NCBI GenBank assembly: GCA_030141605.1
Contig: JAQGDQ010000166.1
Span: forward strand, 228,661-292,660
Length of the DNA stretch: 64,000 nucleotides
Source of the DNA: Tubiluchus corallicola
Lineage: Eukaryota > Animalia > Priapulida
Direction of reading: 5' to 3'
The notes beneath the pieces are model-generated. The model was not told where the DNA came from. It did not search any database and saw nothing but the letters and a program-made list of their open reading frames with translations. The translations under genes were made by a program, and so were the position numbers. This document shows positions 34,201-45,567 of the stretch, piece by piece; position 1 is the stretch's first letter; every line of letters starts with the position of its first letter.

Positions 34201-37200
34201 TCCATGCAAAGAACTTGTATGGATTAACTTGACTGCTTGTCGCACAGGTGACTCACAGGTTATTAACCGAAAGCTGGCTTGAAAATAAAATGTTTACATT
34301 TCCTCCACAGATGGCGCCACATACATGAATTTTAGAAGTAAATTAAAAAATTGCAGCCACAATAGAGATACGTTATGCATGCTTGGTTTTCCTATTTTTG
34401 GATAATTTTCGATTTATAATATATTAATAACACTTGATTAAAACATTTTCGCCCCATAATTTGATTATATAATTTTGTATGTCATCATTCTATTTCATAA
34501 CGCAAATTTCTTTTTTCCATAATCATACATAAATCTTGTTTAGGCGTCCGAAGTTGGGGATGTAGAAAAATGTTTGGAATGGCTGGCTAAACGAGCGAGC
34601 GAACATCAAAAAATAAAGAAGGTTGCCGATTTGGAGGGCCTTGTCATAGATTTGGTTGTCTATGGCACGCCGATAACAGCACCATCTACAGAGCAAATTT
34701 ACAACCGCCTTACCAGCTCTGTTTTTGACTTTGATGAAGACACAAAGTATGTTTCTATTATTTTACAATCTCTATATTTAAAACACTAACTACACAAAGT
34801 ATGTTTCTGTTATTTTACAATCTCTATATTTGAAACACTAACTACACAAAGTATGTTTCTATTATTTTACAATCTCTATATTTGAAACACTAACTACACA
34901 AAGCATGTTTCTATTATTTTACAATCTCTATATTTGAAACACTAACTACACAAAGCATGTTTCTATTATTTTACAACCTCTATATGTGAAACACTAACTA
35001 CACAAAGTATGTTTCTATTATTTTACGATCTTTATATGTGAAACACTAACTACACAAAGTATGTTTCTATATTCTACGATCTCTATATTTGAAACACTAA
35101 CTACACAAAGTATGTTTCTTTATTCTACAATCTCTATATTTGAAACACTAACTACACAAGGTATGTTTCTATTATTTTACGATCTCTATATGTGAAACAC
35201 TAACTACACAAAGTATGTTTCTTTATTTTACGATCTCCATATTTGAAACACTATCTACACAAAGTATGTTTCTATTATTTTACGATCTCCATATTTGAAA
35301 CACTAACTACACAAAGTATGTTTCTATTATTTTACGATCTCTATATTTGAAACACTAACTACACAAAGTATGTTTCTTTATTCTACGATCTCTATATTTG
35401 AAACACTAACTACACAAAGTATGTTTCTATTATTTTACAATCTCTATTTTGAAACACTATCTACACAAAGTATGTTTCTATTATTTTACAATCTCTATAT
35501 TTGAAACACTATCTACACAAAGTATGTTTCTGTTATTTTACAATCTCTATATTTGAAACACTGTCTTCACAAAGTATGTTTCTGTTATTTTACAATCTCT
35601 ATATTTGAAACACTAACTACACAAAGTATGCTTCTATTATTTTGCAATCTCTATATTTGAAACACTAACTACACAAAGTATGCTTCTATTATTTTGCAAT
35701 CTCTATATTTGAAACACTAACTACACAAAGTATGTTTCTATTATTTTGCAATCTCTATATTTGAAACACTAACTACACAAAGTATGTTTCTATTATTTTG
35801 CAATCTCTATATTTGAAACACTAACTGCTTAACGAATAGGTGACTGTTCTGTGTTTATTTATGATTAAATATTTCCTCTGTGACTCGTCTAGTCATTAAT
35901 GTTGTATTTATTTTTTGGCAGTCATTAAAGGAAAACTGGATAATTATGTAAACATTACTTCAAAATAAAGTATGCTCTAAAATATTGAAAACTACAACAT
36001 CTTTTTGTTAAACCAAAGCTTGAATTAAATAATAATTACCTCGGATAGTTAAATTTTATTAAACTTTCAAAGCTACTTGCGGCTCAACGAATCCACTAAA
36101 ATTGGCAGTGGCGCCTTTTTGTCATATTTGCATGGGTGACAAATAGGCGCAGTATGGTGATAAGCATGATTGCGAACCACAGTGTTCATCTGTGACATCA
36201 GTATGATGTAGAGCTCATTTTCGTGACATCACATCAGCGTCTTATAGCAAGTTTCGCTTATGCAAACGTGTGTAACGTTTAATATTAGAAACAATTTGAA
36301 ATATTTGAAACAATTGCTAACTTTTATAGGCAAGAAAATGTATATTTTAGTCAGTAAATTAAAATGAGTTTGAGACATTTTGAGGACAATCATCCGGTTT
36401 TTCTTTAACTTGGATATTTTCATTTTTTCCATTGTAGACGTTTCGTTGTTGTTTCATAGGTCTGAATTTTATTTGTACACCTTCCTTGTTGTTTCATAGG
36501 CCTGAATTTCATTTGTACACCTTTCATTGTTGTTTCATAGGCCTGAATTTCATTTGTCTTTCCTTGTTGTTTCATAGCTCTGAATTTTATTTGTACACCT
36601 TTCCTTGTTGTTTCATAGGTCTGAATTTCATTTGTAGATGTTTCCTTGTTGTTTCATAGGTGTGGATTTCATTTGTACACTTTTTCTTGTTGTTTCATAG
36701 GTCTGAATTTCATTTGTAGACGTTTCTTTGTTGTTTCATAGGTCTGAATTTTATTTGTACACCTTTCCTTGTTGTTTCATAGGTCTGAATTTCATTTGTA
36801 GATGTTTCCTTGTTGTTTCCTAGGTTTGGATTTCATTTGTACACTTTTCCTTGTTGTTTCATAGGTCTGAATTTCATTTGCAGACGTTTCTTTGTTGTTT
36901 CATAGGTCTGAATTTTATTTGTACACCTTTCCTTGTTGTTTCATAGGTCTGAATTTCATTTGTAGATGTTTCCTTGTTGTTTCATAGGTTTGGATTTCAT
37001 ATGTACACTTTTCCTTGTTGTTTCATAGGTCTGAATTTCATTTGTAGACGTTTCTTTGTTGTTTCATAGGTCTGAATTTTATTTGTACACCTTTCCTTGT
37101 TGTTTCATAGGTGCGGATTTCATTTGTACACCTTTCCTTGTTGTTTCATAGCTCTAAATTTCATTTGTACACCCTTCCTTGTTGTTTCATAGCTCTGAAT

Positions 37201-40200
37201 TTCATTTGTACACCCTTCCTTGTTGTTTCATAGGTCTGAATTTCATTTGTACACCTTTGCTTGTTGTTTCATAGGTCTGAATTTCATTTGTAGAACTTAT
37301 GTTGTTGTTTCATAGGTGTGGATTTCATTCCGGTTTGCCGGATTATGCAGAATACGATGCGGAAACACGATATTGCGCTTTGGGTTTTTGCAAACGCAGA
37401 TGGTAAGAATATTTTGAATATTGATCTCAATGTTTGTGATACGCATATTTCATTTTTCCCTATCTCTAAGTTTTCCGTGTCTATGCTACCTTTGCTTAAG
37501 TATGAAATTAGTGGTGTTTTTGTGTTAGTAGTTACAAAGAATAAAAATCATGTTTCCCCTTTTAAAGTCAAATCAACAAAGTGGTGGTGTTTTTGAATAA
37601 AATTGAAAACGAAGTTGTCTGCCTGTGATTATAGAATTACCTCTTACCTCTAAACTTTATGAAGCTCACATGCCATTTCCTTATCTTCAATTCAATTCAA
37701 AACATGCATTTATTTCCATATTCATGATATAACTGAGGCAAGTAAATGTATTTAATTATCACAATGGAAATAGGATGGCGAAAGACCAAGAAGGTCAACT
37801 AGTCGAGCCATCCGTCAATGGATGTATGTGATTATTGGGATGACACTGTAGCTATTTCACTCATGAATAGTAGTGAAATTACATTATTACTATTTTACTT
37901 AGCAACTTGATCTGTTTAAAATTCACTAATCAACTTTAAATAACTGAAGGATGAAAATGCAATCAAAAATATCTAAACTTACAGGAAAATGATGAAGAAA
38001 AGCGATAATAAGGATGACTATGACATAATTAAGCAATGATCTTTGACATAGTTAACCAATGATCTTTGTATCATTGCCGTAGTAATCAACTTATCAGAAA
38101 ATTGAGGAAATTGTTCAGTTTATGTAAAAATTTGTTTATTTAATGCGCATGCAATAGATTTTATTGTATGGCCACTTGGAGGAATTTTAATTTGTACAAT
38201 GTCTGAAAACATAAAAATTTACTCACAATGTTTGAAAATGAAAATTTTTTAATAATGAATATGATTACAGTGCTCGGTGTCTAAGTATACAGCTTGGTGC
38301 AACATATTTTGATGTTATCTATAAGAAATGGGTGTTCAGTTTAATGACTAGATTCAATAGTAATACTAATTGTATACGTCAAAATTTACTTTACATTAGT
38401 GATGTAAAATTTATGTCGCATATCAGTCGCCATTGGTGGAATTTGCTATTAACTGTGTAATTGTTGTATACATCTCCGTGTATTAATTTATTGTGTTAAT
38501 GTGTGTGTTTTTGTTCCTTGTTGTAAATATGTAAATGTTTTATGCTATGAACCTCTGATTTGGAATAAAAAGTTAACAGATGAGAAAAGGGGTACCTGAA
38601 GTGGTTTCAGAAAAATCTCCTTAAAAAATTATACTACTTTATGGCAATTCTATGCGTATATCGTACTCGTGTTGAAAGGATTTTTTGTTTGTTTTCGTTT
38701 TAAATTTCCCATAATACTGTTCCGACCGCACCATTACATGACGTCATATACACACGACGTAAATCAGGGGAAGAAAAGGAAATGTTAAATTATGTATCAA
38801 AAAACTTTCCGTGCAAATCTATATTACTTACCACTTCGCTGACTTGCTGGAAACATTTATATAACTAGAAATAATAATTCAAAAATGTTTGTGTCAACTG
38901 GTAAAATGTCGCTGACTCACCCTCCAATGTGCGCCACTCACTAGGCAAAAACGTATTTTAATCCTATTGACAAGATTCAGTAAAATTTACTTAACTAGCA
39001 ATATGTATGCTATGAATGCTCTGATTATTTTTTCAAACTTTACTCGTTGTTGTCTAAACTTGTTTCAAACAACCTACCATTGAAATGGCTGTGCCTGACA
39101 TTGACGTTTGAGATTAAATTTTCAAGTTTTATACAGAGTTACTGCTGGCGCAAACCCTGCAAGGAAAAAGCCAGTGTTATAGAATGGTATAGAATTTCAA
39201 GACAAATTTTTTAAGCTTTATGTAAATGGAGAGTTTTCTTGTACTTTAAATCAAAATCAAAGTCAAATGAATTCGTACTTAAAACACAGGTGCACAGCTA
39301 TGATCCATCCCAGATGTTATAATTATGTATTCTTAGCAATAAACATGGAAGAACATTTTTTGTACAATGTATAATACGTTACGTTTCCAGCTTTGAGATG
39401 TCTGACATGCTGTGTGAGCATTATGGCTGTACAATGTATAATATGTTACCTTTGCAGATTTGAGATGTCTGACATGCTGTGTGAGCATTATGGCTGTACA
39501 ATGTATAAAATGTTACCTTTGCAGCTTTGAGATGTCTGACATGCTGTGTGAGCATTATGGCTGTTACCTTTGCAGTTTTGAGATGTCTGACATGCTGTAT
39601 GAGCATTATGGCTGTTACCTTTGCAGCTTTGAGATGTCTGACATGCTGTGTGAGCATTATGGCTGTACAATGTATAATATGTTACCTTTGCAGATTTGAG
39701 ATGTCTGACATGCTGTGTGAGCATTATGGCTGTACAATGTATAATGCGTTACCTTTGCAGCTTTGAGATGTCTGACATGCTGTGTGAGCATTATGGCTGT
39801 ACAATGTATAAAATGTTACCTTTGCAGCTTTGAGTTGTCTGACATGCTGTGTGAGCATTATGGCTGTACAATGTATAAAATGTTACCTTTGCAGCTTTGA
39901 GATGTCTGACATGCTGTGTGAGCATTATGGCTGTACAATGTATAATGCGTTACCTTTGCAGCTTTGAGATGTCTGACATGCTGTGTGAGCATTATGGTTG
40001 TACAATAAAAAATGCGTTACCTTTGCAGCTTTGAGATATCTGACATGCTGTGTGAGCATTATGGCTGTACAATGTATAATATGTTACCTTTGCAGCTTTG
40101 AGATGTCTGACATGCTGTGTGAGCATTATGACTGTACAATTACCAGTCGACACCTACCACAAAAGCCACAGAAACAGGTTAGTATAAAATTCGGCCCCGT

Positions 40201-41509
40201 GCAGACATGCAATTTTTAGTTGCACAACTGTTTTGTAATGTACTGTTTTCAATGAGAGCACACAGATATGCAAGTTTTAGTTGTGCAACTGTTTTGTAAT
40301 GTACTGTTTTCAATGAGAGCACACAGATATGCAATTTTTAGTTGTGCAACTGTTTTGTAATGTACTGTTTTCAATGAGAATGCGCAGACATGCAATTTTT
40401 AGTTGCGCATCTGTTTTGTAATGTACTGTTTTCAATGAGAGCACACAGACATGCAATTTTTAGTTGCGCATCTGTTTTGTAATGTACTGTTTTCAATGAG
40501 AACACGCAGACATGCAATTTTTAGTTGCGCATCTGTTTTGTAATGTACTGTTTTCAATGAGAGCACGCAGACATGCAATTTTTAGTTGCACAACTGTTTT
40601 GTAATGTAGTGTTTTCAATGAGAATGCGCAGACATGCAATTTTTAGTTGTGCAACTGTTTTGTAATGTAGTGTTTTCAATGAGACATGTAAATTCTGGAC
40701 ATGTAAAATGCATCTCCACTGATAAATGCTGACTCCGTAAATTATTTGATGGAAATAAATTGAGTCAAAAATTGATAGAAATCGATTTTTCAACACATTT
40801 GTATTTCAAGCATTTAAGCTTGTTATTTTTTTAAAAGATTGCTACAGTAGTATTCCCAGAAGAGGACATGCCAGCGACAGACTATCGTCAATACGAGCCA
40901 CCGGTTCACCCCAAAGTGGAGATCAAATTGTCGGAGGTACCGTAGTTACATCCTCATCTTGTACATTCATCAGTTTCATCAGCTTGTTAAAATACAATGT
41001 GAAACTGTTGTGTATTAACCGTAATTAGCTTTATTAATGTGAAGCCATTTAGGTAAATCCTAGCTGCCTCTTTAGTTTAAAATGTGTAATAAAATTTTTT
41101 TATTCAGACTGTCGTAAGTGACTTCTCAAATTGTATAGAGATTATTGTAATGTATGTCTGAAAAAGGTATAGCACTTCTTATCAATAAATATTTCTTCAT
41201 AGAATAAAAAGGTTGTTAAGCCATCAGTGAGTTCAATTCCTGGTCAGTCTAAGAGTGATGAACCACTGCGACCGCCAACAGCTCCACCAAAGAGTGAGTT
41301 TTATAAGTTTTGTTGTTGTTGTTGCTGTTGTTGTTATTATTGCTGGTGTTGTTGTTGTTGTTGTTGTTGTTGTTGCTGCTGCTGTTGTTGTTGTTGTTGC
41401 TGTTGTTGTTGTTGCTGCTGTTGCTGTTGATGTTGTTGTTGATGCTGTTGTTGTCGTTGTTGCTGTTGTTGTTGTTGTTGCTGCTTGCTACTGTTGTTGT
41501 TGCTGTTGC

Positions 41510-41550
<41 letters not shown>

Positions 41551-41677
41551 GTGTTGTTGTTGCTGTTGTTGTTGTTGTTGTTGTTGTTGTTGCTGTTGTT
41601 GTTGCTTGCTTGCTACTGTTGTTGTTGCTGTTGTTGTTGTCACTGTTGTTGTTGCTGTTGCTGCTGCTGTTGTTGTT

Positions 41678-41708
<31 letters not shown>

Positions 41709-42907
41709 TTTACAGGTAACTTGGCACAGGTGTTTATGTTATTATTACAGGTATGATGAAAGATCAATCCTCTCGCCCTCTGACTGGACAAGAAGCTTTA
41801 CCACAACAGTCTTTCCTAGGAGCTCCGCCTGGAATGGCAGGAATGGCTGCTGCTGCTCCCTACAGAGGTTTCTGTCATTTTTACACTAGTACAGTAGATG
41901 CCTTTATTAGACTCACGGTTAATAGACTCAGTCACTTAATTGACTCAAAAACACCTGGAACGGGCTGCTCTTATTCAAGTGTTTACAAAGACTGTTGATA
42001 CTCATTAAATTTGGATACCAAAATTGAATGCAAGGAAATGTGAAAAAGTTCAGATGCAGCCTTCATTTGAACCAGGGACCTTCTGCTCACACTGCAGATG
42101 CCTTTACCACTAAGCCATCGCATCTCCCAGTGTACCTATATATGTATATTATTTCAGGCAACAATGGCATGCAAATTTCGTAGTCACATTTTATCAATTT
42201 TTTTCTTAGCATTTGACATGAGGGGAGTGGTTGATCCTGAAATGGCCAGCGTCTCAGATATATCCGAAAGAGTTAACATGATGTTTGCAGGTATGTGTAA
42301 CATAAATTTGCTTTTTTATTATATGTGTGCTTGCAGAGTCAGCAATCAACTTTTCTAGTTATTCACATATCCTGAATCTCCATTTCATGAGGATCATTTT
42401 GATACCAAGTTCATTGCTCTATGTTATTTCTAAGCTGAGATAATCCACGTTGAAGTTGAGGTGCAGGCTGCACACTGAAAAACATAATCTTGAGAAAATC
42501 ACTGTTAAAGTCAGCCATTGTTTTTTGTCGCGTTTCTACAAATCACTTAGCAACCACACAAATGTTGGTTGCTATGGACTTTGCAAGAACACATTGAAGT
42601 TATATTTAAATCCAGTAGATGGCTCTTCCAGACGTAGGCCTAAAATTGGTATTTTAGCCTAGCATTAGAATCGATATATTAAAGTTTGGTTTTCCCACTC
42701 AAAAAATGTCTATTGACATGTATACAATATTACTTGATGAAGCAGATGATAAAAGATTATTATAATAGCCGACTTTGCTACAGAATTAGTAGAAAAACTG
42801 TATCTCATTTTCATCATCTTAACTTGCTCATTTTGTTTTTTAACATAGGTGCCGGGAGAGGGCGCGGCCGAGGTGCTGGCGTCTTAGGATACAGTGCTGT
42901 TAAATAG
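22116..42907 (+). CDS. mael: Protein maelstrom homolog (HMG-like box + MAEL domain), 14 coding exons, 494 aa
   Basis: Exons 22116-22259, 26736-26852, 27785-27869, 31777-31923, 32197-32238, 33904-34034, 34544-34746, 37316-37402, 40096-40177, 40838-40936, 41203-41293, 41751-41867, 42210-42290 and 42849-42907 join in frame. HMG-like NGFYMFM...AAPRWK..YDEKAK; MAEL motifs [34 protein letters not shown]...YCALG; E-H-H-C-H-C residues intact. Confidence 0.92.
23368..24527. repeat. 193-194-bp tandem repeat (6 copies) derived from LINE ORF2 3' end
   Basis: aactgcagtgtg at 23374, 23567, 23761, 23954, 24148 and 24341. Confidence 0.92.
24806..24859. mobile_element. 54-bp palindromic micro-element with 8-bp TSD inserted in the LINE
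   Basis: GGATTGGC|CAAGGACTACTATAC...GTATAGTAGTCCTTG|GGATTGGC. Confidence 0.85.
25560..26050 (+). mobile_element. Degenerate CR1-like LINE 3' fragment
   Basis: [21 protein letters not shown] and [15 protein letters not shown] motifs with stops/frameshifts. Confidence 0.7.
26736..26852 (+). CDS. mael: mael exon 2
   Basis: [39 protein letters not shown]. Confidence 0.88.
27161..27322. repeat. 33-bp minisatellite x5 containing TGACGTCA palindromes
   Basis: ttgaatgcttatttttccaccaatgacgtcatt units. Confidence 0.92.
27662..27703 (-). ncRNA. Minimal type I hammerhead ribozyme motif (Penelope-like element remnant)
   Basis: Minus strand CCA CUGAUGA U GACA-loop-UGUC GAAAC GUU UGG; embedded in a 35-bp inverted repeat (27607-27641 / 27703-27737). 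Confidence 0.7.
27785..27869 (+). CDS. mael: mael exon 3
   Basis: [28 protein letters not shown], phase consistent. Confidence 0.8.
27923..28525. mobile_element. hAT-like MITE
   Basis: CAGTGGCGGCTCAT...ATGAGCCTCTG imperfect inverted termini. Confidence 0.5.
28661..28718. mobile_element. 58-bp hAT-like mini element
   Basis: Perfect 10-bp TIR CAGGGATGTT...AACATCCCTG. Confidence 0.55.
30549..31039. mobile_element. hAT-like MITE nested in a GACTCC-repeat element
   Basis: TIR CAGGGATGAGAAT...ATTCTCATCCCTG, ctccaa on both flanks. Confidence 0.65.
31170..31727 (+). mobile_element. LINE 3' end with A-rich tail; second 3'UTR copy ~44245-44610
   Basis: [10 protein letters not shown]...[13 protein letters not shown] then UTR shared with 44245-44610 and an A-rich tail. 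Confidence 0.75.
31777..31923 (+). CDS. mael: mael exon 4 (MAEL domain start)
   Basis: [12 protein letters not shown]...[25 protein letters not shown]. Confidence 0.93.
32197..32238 (+). CDS. mael: mael exon 5
   Basis: [13 protein letters not shown]|GTAAGT. Confidence 0.85.
32329..33011 (+). mobile_element. TTAA-flanked family C (Kolobok-like); other copies ~38580-39246(-), 49870-50540(-), 62545-63020 fragment
   Basis: TTAA|AGCACAAGAAAA...TTTTCTTGTCCT|TTAA inverted termini; shared gtgagtcagcgacattttacc core. Confidence 0.75.
33395..33830. repeat. 34-bp minisatellite (~13 copies)
   Basis: gcaacaatagtatgcaataagacacttatcc units. Confidence 0.92.
33904..34034 (+). CDS. mael: mael exon 6
   Basis: [43 protein letters not shown]. 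Confidence 0.9.
34544..34746 (+). CDS. mael: mael exon 7
   Basis: [18 protein letters not shown]...[12 protein letters not shown]. Confidence 0.9.
34741..35826 (+). repeat. 52-bp minisatellite (~21 copies) beginning at the mael exon 7 donor
   Basis: Unit cacaaa|gtatgtttctattattttacaatctctatatttgaaacactaacta. Confidence 0.95.
36432..37330 (+). repeat. 41-bp minisatellite (22 copies) ending at the mael exon 8 acceptor
   Basis: Unit ttgttgtttcatag|gtctgaatttcatttgtacaccttcc. Confidence 0.95.
37316..37402 (+). CDS. mael: mael exon 8 (C-H-C zinc ligands)
   Basis: [28 protein letters not shown]. Confidence 0.9.
39361..40140 (+). repeat. 67/51-bp minisatellite (12 copies) ending in mael exon 9
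   Basis: Unit gttacctttgcag|ctttgagatgtctgacatgctgtgtgagcattatggctgtacaatgtataaaat. Confidence 0.95.
40096..40177 (+). CDS. mael: mael exon 9
   Basis: [27 protein letters not shown]|GTTAGT. Confidence 0.85.
40201..40690. repeat. 61-bp minisatellite (~8 copies)
   Basis: gcagacatgcaatttttagttgcacaactgttttgtaatgtactgttttcaatgaga units. Confidence 0.92.
40838..40936 (+). CDS. mael: mael exon 10
   Basis: [33 protein letters not shown]; phase 0/0. Confidence 0.7.
41203..41293 (+). CDS. mael: mael exon 11
   Basis: [30 protein letters not shown]|GTGAGT. Confidence 0.75.
41308..41710. repeat. (GTT/GCT)n compound microsatellite in mael intron 11
   Basis: Direct reading. Confidence 0.95.
41751..41867 (+). 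CDS. mael: mael exon 12
   Basis: [38 protein letters not shown]. Confidence 0.72.
42053..42124 (-). pseudogene. Degenerate tRNA-like sequence (tRNA pseudogene or tRNA-derived SINE head)
   Basis: 72 nt; acceptor GATGCG/TGCATC, A box TGGCTTAGTGG, anticodon arm TCTGC-AGTGTGA-GCAGA, B box GGTTCAAAT; T-stem mispaired. Confidence 0.6.
42210..42290 (+). CDS. mael: mael exon 13
   Basis: [26 protein letters not shown]|GTATGT. Confidence 0.72.
42849..42907 (+). CDS. mael: mael terminal exon 14
   Basis: [19 protein letters not shown]-stop. Confidence 0.75.
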
Positions 42908-43594
42908 GATCTCTAGTCCGGTAATCTTAATTACGTCATATTTTCCGTATAGGCCCGGCCGAGTTCCATCATGTGGTTTCCACATTTTTTAAGAGTAATT
43001 CTTAAATGATCAGAGCAGGAAATTCAGTTTTTTTGACATTTTGACGCATTATGTCAAAATTGTTGCTGTCAGTAATCATTTTCACATTTCCAGTTATTGA
43101 TGATGATCATGAAAAGGTCAAAGGTTAAGTGTATCAGACAGGAAATTTGTGTACAATTGACAATGCCTCGCAGCTCATGCTATTGTAATAGAAACAGTTT
43201 TAACAGCTAGCCAGAGCCTTACCTAGTTCATTTTTTCTTGTTTCCAAACAAGATACTGCTAGTAACTCACTCTGTGCATAGACTAATGAATCATTAAGTA
43301 AAGTCCAGGTGAAACAACTGAAGTTACTGAATTGATGTGGCAAACGGCTTTGCCTTACATACATGTCGCATGACGGACATACTTTAGACGCATTCCTGTG
43401 GTACACTTAACCTTTGACCTTCATCAACTGAGCGTGCGCATAACAAAACTGCAAAAAGGCTTGTTTCATTGTGAAGTGATGTGATACAAACAATGTGAAA
43501 TGAAGCCAGGATTTACTGGCCGTCTGAACATGGAATAAAGCAGGCAAAATCCTAAATAAAGTATCATTCTCTTCGTACCCAACTCATGTGTGTA

Positions 43595-43970
43595 CAGTGT
43601 TCCCTCACTTATCCCGGGTATTCCGTTCCAGGCCCACCCGCGATAAGTGAACTTTTGCAAAATAGGGACGCTGTAATTATTTGCAGGCGCAAGTACTACA
43701 TTTCGTTTTTGGTGTGTATTCATCCGCCGAATACACTATTTACTGTAAATGGTAATTTTTTATGATTTATAATATTCTTTTAATGTTAGAATTAATATTT
43801 TTAATATATTTTTATACATTTTGTGATTTTTTATGCATGTGCAAAAATACTTTAGACGGAGCACCGCAAAAACAGTAAAAATACCTCGATAAATATTTTA
43901 CATTAATATTTCTGAAAACCCGCGAAACAGCGAGTCCGCGATAAACAAATCGAGTAGCGAGGGAACACTG
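43595..43970. mobile_element. Tc1/mariner-pogo-like MITE (same family)
   Basis: TA|CAGTGTTCCCTC...GAGGGAACACTG|TA. Confidence 0.88.
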
Positions 43971-45567
43971 TAACTGCACTACTTACAGTCGTATGTAATG
44001 TCACTTTACCACAATGTAAAGTTGAGGCCTCAGCATTTCCTGTAAATAAACCATACTGCAAATTTTTTTATTTAAAATATAGAATTTCATTTTATTGTTT
44101 CTATTCTGAATTATGTAGCGGAACCATAATGTTTTCAACGCGTAGGGGCTCTTCATGTCTTAATCCCGGCTCTGAATATATTCTAGAATTATAGCATAAT
44201 TGTACCCGTAGCCAAAAATTGCGTTAGTTGCACATCAATATCATACCACAATCCTGGTACAGATTATACAAAACAAGGCATCATTGATAAATCTTTAGAG
44301 CTGATGTCAACATAGCACAGCCTTTTATCTTTCTTCCTACCATTTCCACTAACACGTCCTTCTACCCTTCCTGTGTGATCTAACCTTTGTCCCAGTTCTT
44401 TTTTTGTTCAGTCATCCATTCTTTTTTTTATCTGGTTCACATGACAGTGGGCTTATACAAGCCTTTGCTTCTCTAGCCCCGCTGCAATACAATTATTCTT
44501 TTATGATAACAATAGTGTATGAAACATAAGAATTTAATACAGTATGAAGTAACAATTTAGATGTCACTGTGTGCTTAATGTCATTATATTGTACTAATAA
44601 TAATAAAAAAAATTCATCATCGCCATTTTTTCTTGCAGAGTGTAAAGTAATGCCGGTGTGCCGAAGTGCCGATGCGCAATATTTAGTCAGCACCTTTTCC
44701 ACATTTTCGGAGAAACTTTTTAGGCTTCATCGATCTTTTGCTATTTTCTTTATAAATAAAAAGGGAGAAAGTATTACTGAAACAAACTTGCCTACAGTCT
44801 AGAATCGCAATGAACTTAATGCGAAAAAAATATGTTCAACTATTGTAGCACTTTTAATTTTAATTTTAATTAATTTTTTATTGTGTTTTGTATAATTTTC
44901 TAACAGTATTATTCATTTATATTTGTTAATCGTAATGCAACAGTAATAATATGGGAAGATATTATTTAAAGATAATTGTAATCAAGCTTACATGTAATAT
45001 TTAAGAATTTGTTGCAATTTTGTGGCTTACTAATTAAACGCTTTATGTCAAGTTTTTGTTTATGATGAAGAATCCGTCATCTTTTATAGGTTTTACATGT
45101 CAAATGTAGACCTGCGTTAACTCAAATGTAGATTTAGGTAATTCAAATGTGTCTTGGTAACTCAAATGTAGACTTAGGTAGTTCAAATGTGTTAACAATG
45201 ATTTTAAATTTAATCTTCTTTAATTTCAATTTAATAATTGCTCTTAAGTTAAAATAACAACGTTAGAAAACGATACCTTCTTAAATAAACAATGTTTCTT
45301 GACAGAAACTAATTCATTAATGCATTAAAATTTAGCGTAAATGTGACATGTTTTTACCAGCTAGAATACGGCTTTCTTATCAGTAGAATTCGTTTGTAAA
45401 ACTTGTGTTATGTATTTCCGAAATCCCACAAAAATTAATATTCTCGATAATGTCAAGTTTTAATTTATCTTATTAAAGCGGATTTAGGTTTCATTATATG
45501 TTTAAGGTTTTTTTTAATTTATCATTGTCAAAGTTGGATTCCGTTGGATTGTGATGCATATTAAGCA

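Noticed and set aside
41249-41791. Poly-Cys/Val/Leu/Asn ORFs
   Set aside because: (GTT/GCT)n microsatellite inside mael intron 11.
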